Assembly: GCA_964016885.1 (NCBI GenBank)
Contig: CAXHJY010000252.1
Location: forward strand, 102,271-166,270
Direction of reading: 5' to 3'
DNA: 64,000 nt
Source of the DNA: Eledone cirrhosa
Lineage: Eukaryota
The translations under genes were made by a program, and so were the position numbers. Positions 55,515 to 64,000 of this stretch are shown here, one piece after another; the stretch's first letter is position 1; each line of letters opens with the position of its first letter. The notes beneath the pieces were generated by a model that worked only from the letters and a program-made list of their open reading frames with translations, was not told the origin of the DNA and did no database searches.

Positions 55515-58500
55515 CAGCGTCTTAAGTATATATGATTTACTGAGTACAGCGTCTTAAGTATATATGATTGACTGAGTACAGCGTCTTAAGTATATATGAT
55601 TCACTGAGTACAGTGTCTTAAGTATATATGATTAACTGAGTACAGCGTCTTAAGTATATATGATTGACTGAGTACAGCGTCTTAAGTATATATGATTTAC
55701 TGAGTACAGCGTCTTAAGTATATATGATTGACTGAGTACAGCGTCTTAAGTATATATGATTGACTGAGTACAGCGTCTTAAGTATATATGATTTACTGAG
55801 TACAGCGTCTTAAGTATATATGATTCACTGAGTACAGCGTCTTAAGTATATATGATTCACTGAGTACAGTGTCTTAAGTATATATGATTTACTGAGTACA
55901 GCGTCTTAAGTATATATGATTGACTGAGTACAGCGTCTTAAGTATATATGATTGACTGAGTACAGCGTCTTAAGTATATATGATTGACTGAGTACAGCGT
56001 CTTAAGTATATATGATTCACTGAGTACACTGTCTTAAGTATATAGGATTCACTGAGTACAGCGTCTTAAGTATATATGATTGACTGAGTACAGCGTCTTA
56101 AGTATATATGATTCACTGAGTACAGTGTCTTAAGTATATATGATTTACTGAGTACAGCGTCTTAAGTATATATGATTGACTGAGTACAGCGTCTTAAGTA
56201 TATATGATTGACTGAGTACAGCGTCTTAAGTATATATGATTCACTGAGTACACTGTCTTAAGTATATAGGATTCACTGAGTACAGCGTCTTAAGTATATA
56301 TGATTGACTGAGTACAGCGTCTTAAGTATATATGATTCACTGAGTACAGTGTCTTAAGTATATATGATTGACTGAGTACAGCGTCTTAAGTATATATGAT
56401 TGACTGAGTGCAGCGTCTTAAGTATATATGATTGACTGAGTACAGTGTCTTAAGTATATATGATTCACTGAGTACAGTGTCTTAAGTATATATGATTTAC
56501 TGAGTACAGCGTCTTAAGTATATATGATTGACTGAGTACAGCGTCTTAAGTATATATGATTTACTGAGTACAGCGTCTTAAGTATATATGATTGACTGAG
56601 TACAGCGTCTTAAGTATATATGATTGACTGAGTACAGCGTCTTAAGTATATATGATTCACTGAGTACAGTGTCTTAAGTATATATGATTGACTGAGTACA
56701 GCGTCTTAAGTATATATGATTGACTGAGTGCAGCGTCTTAAGTATATATGATTGACTGAGTACAGTGTCTTAAGTATATATGATTCACTGAGTACAGTGT
56801 CTTAAGTATATATGATTTACTGAGTACAGCGTCTTAAGTATATATGATTGACTGAGTACAGCGTCTTAAGTATATATGATTTACTGAGTACAGCGTCTTA
56901 AGTATATATGATTGACTGAGTACAGCGTCTTAAGTATATATGATTGACTGAGTACAGCGTCTTAAGTATATATGATTCACTGAGTACAGCGTCTTAAGTA
57001 TATATGATTGACTGAGTACAGCGTCTTAAGTATATATGATTGACTGAGTGCAGCGTCTTAAGTATATATGATTGACTGAGTACAGTGTCTTAAGTATATA
57101 TGATTCACTGAGTACAGTGTCTTAAGTATATATGATTTACTGAGTACAGCGTCTTAAGTATATATGATTGACTGAGTACAGCGTCTTAAGTATATATGAT
57201 TTACTGAGTACAGCGTCTTAAGTATATATGATTGACTGAGTACAGCGTCTTAAGTATATATGATTGACTGAGTACAGCGTCTTAAGTATATATGATTCAT
57301 TGAGTACACTGTCTTAAGTATATAGGATTCACTGAGTACAGCGTCTTAAGTATATATGATTGACTGAGTACAGCGTCTTAAGTATATATGATTCACTGAG
57401 TACAGTGTCTTAAGTATATATGATTGACTGAGTACAGCGTCTTAAGTATATATGATTGACTGAGTGCAGCGTCTTAAGTATATATGATTGACTGAGTACA
57501 GTGTCTTAAGTATATATGATTCACTGAGTACAGTGTTTTAAGTATATATGATTGACTGAGTACAGTGTCTTAAGTATATATGATTGACTGAGTACAGCGT
57601 CTTAAGTATATATGATTGACTGAGTACAGTGTCTTAAGTATATATGATTCACTGAGTACAGTGTCTTAAGTATATATGATTCACTGAGTACAGTGTCTTA
57701 AGTATATATGATTGACTGAGTACAGTGTCTTAAGTATATATGATTGACTGAGTACAGCGTCTTAAGTATATATGATTGACTGAGTACAGTGTCTTAAGTA
57801 TATATGATTCACTGAGTACAGTGTCTTAAGTATATATGATTGACTGAGTAGTGTCTTAAGTATATATGATTGACTGAGTACAGCGTCTTAAGTATATATG
57901 ATTGACTGAGTACAGTGTCTTAAGTATATATGATTCACTGAGTACAGTGTCTTAAGTATATATGATTTACTGAGTACAGCGTCTTAAGTATATATGATTG
58001 ACTGAGTACAGTGTTTTAAGTATATATGATTCACTGAGTACAGCGTCTTAAGTATATATGATTCACTGAGTACAGCGTCTTAAGTATATATGATTGACTG
58101 AGTACAGTGTCTTAAGTATATATGATTCACTGAGTACAGTGTCTTAAGTATATATGATTGACTGAGTACAGCGTCTTAAGAATATTTGATTCACTGAGTA
58201 CAGTGTCTTAAGTATATATGATTGACTGAGTACAGCGTCTTAAGTATATTTGATTCACTGAGTACAGTGTCTTAAGTATATATGATTGGCTGAGTACAGC
58301 GTCTTAAGTATATTTGATTCACTGAGTACAGTGTCTTAAGTATATATGATTGACTGAGTACAGCGTCTTAAGTATATATGATTGACTGAGTACAGTGTCT
58401 TAAGTATATATGATTCACTGAGTACAGTATCTTAAGTATATATGATTGACTGAGTACAGCGTCTTAAGTATATATGATTGACTGAGTACAGTGTCTTAAG

Positions 58501-58670
58501 TATATATGATTGACTGAGTACAGCGTCTCAAGTATATATGATTGACTGAGTACAGCGTCTTAAGTATATATGATTGACTGAGTACAGCGTCTCAAGTATA
58601 TATGATTGACTGAGTACAGTGTCTTAAGTATATATGATTGACTGAGTACAGTGTCTTAAGTATATATGAT
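55515..58670. repeat. 32-bp satellite array, ~98 units
   Basis: Unit AGTACAG(C/T)GTCTTAAGTATATATGATT(G/C/T)ACTG, with no spacers. Two more units at ~53967-54025. Confidence 0.97.
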
Positions 58671-58864
58671 ATATATACTTGGCAGCAATAATGGGGGACA
58701 GAGACCGCTGGAGAGAACTCGTCCATGGATCTCGGGAATTGTCCTATATATATATATATATATAGGAAAATAGTCAGGACCCCGACGGCTGAGCTCCAGC
58801 CGTTTCGACAGCTAGATCTATCTATCTATCTATCTATCTATCTCTATCTATCTATCTATCTATC

Positions 58865-58895
<31 letters not shown>

Positions 58896-58904
58896 CTCTT
58901 TCTT

Positions 58905-59073
<169 letters not shown>

Positions 59074-59564
59074 GTATATATGTATATATGTATATATATA
59101 TATATATATAGTATCTATTGATCTTATACAAGCTTCTACATAATTTGGTACTATTTCACCCAACTTGTAGAAATCTTATAATGAAACGAGTCGTCTGGGA
59201 AGAGATATATTTGATATATCTCATATGAAATGATACAGCCAATTCTCCACACAATACAATATAGTTAGCACCCCGAACGTTTAATTGGGAATATACTCAG
59301 GTATTTCCTAATGTTTGTTGAGTGAGTTGGAATTTGGCCGGATTATCGCTATTAGCTTTCTCCGTTTATATATATATATATATTTGTTTACCCTCGCGTC
59401 CCCTTTATTTACGTGTCCCAACGACTTTTTTTAGCCGTTGCTCGCACCAACCGGAGTTATATGGTCTTTAAAGCGATGAAATGCCTATGATGGTTGGAAG
59501 ATCACTGATGAAGGACAAACTTTTTTCATATGTAACCCATTTGCAACTCCGCAGCGCCCTTATT

Positions 59565-59658
<94 letters not shown>

Positions 59659-59679
59659 TATATATATATATATATATAT

Positions 59680-61870
59680 ATATGTAGGAGGTGAGTTTTA
59701 TTGTAGTACAATAAAGCAATGCAGATATCGGATAAGAAGCACTCTACAGTTTGTAGGACTGGAGTATACATAATATAAGATCAAAAGATGGTTAAAGGAG
59801 TTCCATGTATTTTATTATGCGCATTTCAAAAACAAACATCATCATGCAATAATATTTGTGTTTTCATCAGATAAAACAGGAGAACATGATATGAAGGCTA
59901 AAAAACACTTGTGGATAGTGCAGTTTTAAATCAACATATGAAAAGTGGTTTTAGATTGATGTGTGATATTGGGAAAAATATTTTATTTAGAGAGGGGGGG
60001 TGGGTGGAAAGGATGAAAATGGGAAGGAGATGGGTGATAGAGAGAAAGAGATAGTTTTTATAACTGAGAGGAGATATATTGTTTTATATAGAGAGGTTGA
60101 AAACCGTTGGAAGATAATGTATAAATTAAAAATTAAAAAATTTTGAAAATTAACGAAGGGAGGATATGTGCGAGGAAAACATATTTTATTTAGGGAGGGG
60201 GGGGGAGGAGATGAGAGTGAAAGTGGAGAGGGAGAGATGGGTGATAGAGAGAAAGAGATAGTTTTTATAACTGAGAAAAAGATATATAGTTTTACATAGA
60301 GAGGTTGGGAACCGTTGGAAGATAATGTATAAATTAAAGGAATTTGAAAATTAACGAAGGGAATTTATGTATGAAGATAGAGAGAAAAAATAATAATTGT
60401 GGATGAATATTCTAACGTCAAAAAAAGGGTATGTTGTGGCAATTTCAAAATTAACGAAGAGAAAAATTATTAAGGTTTGTGTGTAGAAGGATTTGAGAAA
60501 AATAATGTGGAGTTAAAGTTTGTATATTGAAGGAATTGATAATATATGCGAATAAAGAGTTAATATGTATTAATAATGAGTTCGTTGATGGGGAGAAAAA
60601 ATAATAAATTAAGGATGAAATTGAGATTAAAAAGATTTATGATAGAGAGAAAAAATAATAATGATTGCGGATGAATATTCTAACGTCAAAACAACAAATC
60701 TATATGTGATGATTTTACAAGGTGGAGATAGAATGAGGGTAATGAGTAAACAAGTATTATAGAGTGTATAATGCCCTTTAAAGTAAGGTAGATGGGTATA
60801 TTTTAAAGAGGTGTATGTATATGTGCCTTTGAGAAAAGATTCTAAATTGATAAAGAATTGAATATTAACTGTATACTTTGTGAAAAGTTCTATGGAATTT
60901 ATGCAGGCAGATAGAAAACAAATCTGTACGTCTATTATTTTTTCTCTCTATCATAAATCTTTTTAATCTCAATTTCATCCTTAATTTATTATTTTTTTCT
61001 CCCATCAACGAACTCATTATTAATACATATTAACTCTTTATTCGCATATATTATCAATTCCTTCAATATACAAACTTTAACTCCACATTATTTTTCTCAA
61101 ATCCTTCTACACACAAACCTTAATAATTTTTCTCTTCGTTAATTTTGAAATTGCCACAATATCTTATCAACATACATTTCTTTTTTTGACGTTAGAATAT
61201 TCATCCACAATTATTATTTTTTCTCTCTATCTTCATACATAAATTCTCTTCGTTAATTTTCAAATTCCTTTAATTTATACATTATCTTCCAACGGTTCCC
61301 AACCTCTCTATGTAAAACTATATATCTTTTTCTCAGTTATAAAAACTATCTCTTTCTCTCTATCACCCATCTCTCCCTCTCCACCTTCACTCTCATCTCC
61401 TCCCCCTTTTTTCATCCTTTCCACCCACCCCTCCCTAAATAAAATATTTTTCCTCGCACATATCCTCCCTTCGTTAATTTTCAAAATTTTTTTAATTTTT
61501 AATTTATACATTATCTTCCAACGGTTTTCAACCTCTCTATGTAAAACAATATATCTCCTCTCAGTTATAAAAACTATCTCTTTCTCTCTATCACCCATCT
61601 CTCCCTCTCATCTCCTTCCCTTTTTCATCCTTTCCACCCCCCCTCTCTAAATAAAATATTTTTCCCAATATCACACATCAATCTAAAACCACTTTTCATA
61701 TGTTGATTTAAAACTGCACTATCCACAAGTGTTTTTTAGCCTTCATATCATGTTCTCCTGTTTTATCTGATGAAAACACAAATATTATTGCATGATGATG
61801 TTTGTTTTTGAAATGCGCATAATAAAATACATGGAACTCCTTTAACCATCTTTTGATCTTATATTATATA
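59680..61870. mobile_element. Family D PLE 3' fragment with a long 5' inversion forming ~0.9-kb inverted arms
   Basis: ~59773-60659 is the imperfect reverse complement of ~60934-61866. Hammerheads at 59809-59877 (-) and 61760-61828 (+). Confidence 0.85.
61760..61828 (+). ncRNA. Type-I hammerhead ribozyme, family D
   Basis: GTTTTAT CTGATGA aaacacaaat...tttgttttt GAAA T gcgc A TA ATAAAAT: 7-bp stem I and palindromic ATGCGCAT stem III. Confidence 0.75.
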
Positions 61871-61927
61871 TATATAAATATATATATATATATGTATGTA
61901 TGTATGTACGTGTTTGTGTATACGAGT

Positions 61928-61962
<35 letters not shown>

Positions 61963-61965
<3 letters not shown>

Positions 61966-62460
61966 CAGAAGGTCGCCACCACCAGTACCACCGACCCTGT
62001 CATAACAATGTTTAGCTAGGTCTCTCTACTGGCGACAGATTGTCTCATAAAAAACACATATTAATGGGTGATAAATCAATAGAAAAAAAATATATATATA
62101 TCCCTCGCTATTCTTTATCCTGCCCCTCTCTCTCTTTATGGCCCTTGCCATTCTGAGTTCAAGTCCCGCCAAGGTTAACTTTACCTTTCATCCTTACGGG
62201 GGTTGATAAAATGAAGTACCAGTAATGCACTGGGTCGATGTTCCCCTCCAAACTAGGCCATTTGTCTAAGGGACGCCACCATCAACGTCAGCTTCTGTAT
62301 TGTTTCTAACCATCGTTTTAACATTTTCTCATCGATTTTCTTTGCTTTATTGTATTTTTAAAAAAGTTTTTAATATTGTTGTTGTTGATGTTGTTATTGT
62401 TGTTGCTGCTGTTGTTGTTGTTGTTGTTGTTGCTGCTGTTGCTGCTGCTGCTGTTGTTGC

Positions 62461-62515
<55 letters not shown>

Positions 62516-63573
62516 GCTGCTGCTGCTGCTGCTGTTGTTGTTGTTATTGTTATTGTTGTTGTTGTTGTTGATGTTGTTGGTGGTGCTGTTGTTGTTGTTG
62601 CTGTTGTTGTTGTTGTTGCTGCTGTTGCTGCTGCTGCTGTTGTTGCTGATGTTGATGTTGTTGTTGATGTTGTTGGTGGTGCTCCCTGTTGTTGTCGTTG
62701 TTGTTGTGGCTTTATCCAACTCTGCTACTACCACCACAACAACAACAACAACCACAACCACCACAACAACAACAACCACAACAACTTTGCTTTGCTGCAT
62801 AGAGTTACGTCCCTTTGCGGTCTGCGTTCAAATCCCGCCGAGGTTAACTTTGCCTTTCATCCTTACGGGTCGATAAAATAAAGTGCCAGTAATGTACTGG
62901 GGTAATTGCTGGCCTTGTGCCTAAAGAAGAAACAATTATTTTCATGGACAGGATTGACATGCGCAGTCGGGTTGTAGGTGACATGGCGACTGGCGACTGG
63001 AGGATCAGTCGGCTGGAATTTGCATTTTAATGTCAGAGAAACAAAAACAAAACAAAAAAAACAACAAACAAAATATTTCTTATTGTTGTTGTTGTTGTTG
63101 TTATTGTTGCTGATTTTGAGAGGGGGGAGGCCTGGTTATAAATAATTAAATAATTAAATAGCAATATTGTGGCGTCACAGTATTGTGACGTCACAGTGAC
63201 GTCATCTTTCGGAAGGGTCACGAGTTTCCTAGTTCAAAAAATGCAGACGACATTTAATTGACTTTTTGTATATTAAAAAAAAAACAAAAAAAAAATCGAA
63301 GAAAAAAAACAAAAAACAAACAAACAAAAAAATATAAAACAAAATATAAAAAAACCCTGACAGAAAGACAGACAAACTGACAGAAAGACTAGCAGATATT
63401 TATATTATTTGTTTCAAAGGTGAGCGACATTTTTGTTGTCAGAAACGACAGAAGGTCGCCACCACCAGTACCACCGACCCTGTCATAACAATGTTTAGCT
63501 AGGTCTCTCTACTGGCGACAGATTGTCTCATAAAAAACACATATTAATGGGTGATAAATCAATAGAAAGAAAA

Positions 63574-63575
<2 letters not shown>
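61963..63575. repeat. ~125-bp direct repeats (61963-62090 and 63445-63575)
   Basis: acgacagaaggtcgccaccaccagtaccaccgaccctgtcataac...gataaatcaatagaaa occurs twice. Confidence 0.85.
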
Positions 63576-63610
<35 letters not shown>

Positions 63611-64000
63611 CCCTGATTCAGCCATGGTTGGAACGCTAGTTTATTGGAAATAAAACAACGAAATTTGCCTGATCATTTTTATAAAATTAAAAGACGACAA
63701 CGACAACAGAATGAAGTGAAGAATTATTGAATGAGAGAAATAGTTTGTTTCTTCTGAAGACATATTGAAAGTGTAAGCATCCATTTGTCTATCTATCTAT
63801 CTATTTATCTGTCCCCTTCTTTTGGGCCCCTGTGGCTAATAAAGAAACATATCTATCTATTTATCTCTCTATCAATAAATATGTCTATCTCTCTATCAAT
63901 TTGGAGTTGAGGGTTGTTCTGTCTACGGAGTATAAAACAAACCATTTGGAACGCCTCCCCCCTATTGGGGATTTCGATTGTTGAATTTGTTTGTTAAAAG

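Noticed and set aside
55515-58670. CRISPR-like array (32-bp periodicity)
   Set aside because: No unique spacers, no cas genes, eukaryotic context; a plain satellite.
59503-59545. CTGATGAaggac as a hammerhead (also CTGATGA at ~40694 and ~50742, CTGACGA at ~29635)
   Set aside because: No properly placed stem II plus GAAA and stem I could be built by eye.
63033-63221. MTLPKDD ORF resembling the PLE N-terminus
   Set aside because: Only five residues match, the start is GTG, and no surrounding pLTR similarity is visible.

Overview
AT-rich eukaryotic DNA dominated by microsatellites and repeats, with no recognisable host exon. The style ((TA)n saturation, Penelope-like elements, Dong/R4 LINEs, Meta-type SINEs) suggests an invertebrate, plausibly a cephalopod; this is inference. 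Main contents: (1) a near-identical head-to-tail tandem of a ~4.13-kb Penelope-like element (PLE), one copy with an intact 1209-aa RT + C-terminal GIY-YIG ORF, plus a 5' inverted cap; (2) decayed copies of a related PLE family and of a second, Hydra-clade-like PLE type, one with a 272-codon open frame missing from the ORF track; (3) truncated Dong/R4 RLE LINEs in (TAA)n, L1/Tx1 3' ends and tRNA-derived SINEs; (4) 32-, 45-, 43- and 21-bp tandem repeats. Read by eye, the window holds more than 20 minimal type-I hammerhead ribozyme motifs from about 7 repeat families. They include a non-coding ~480-bp tandem repeat with one hammerhead per unit (retrozyme-like, candidate circular-RNA source) and many fold-back insertions embedded in (TA)n. 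All folds and clade calls are manual and need computational confirmation.
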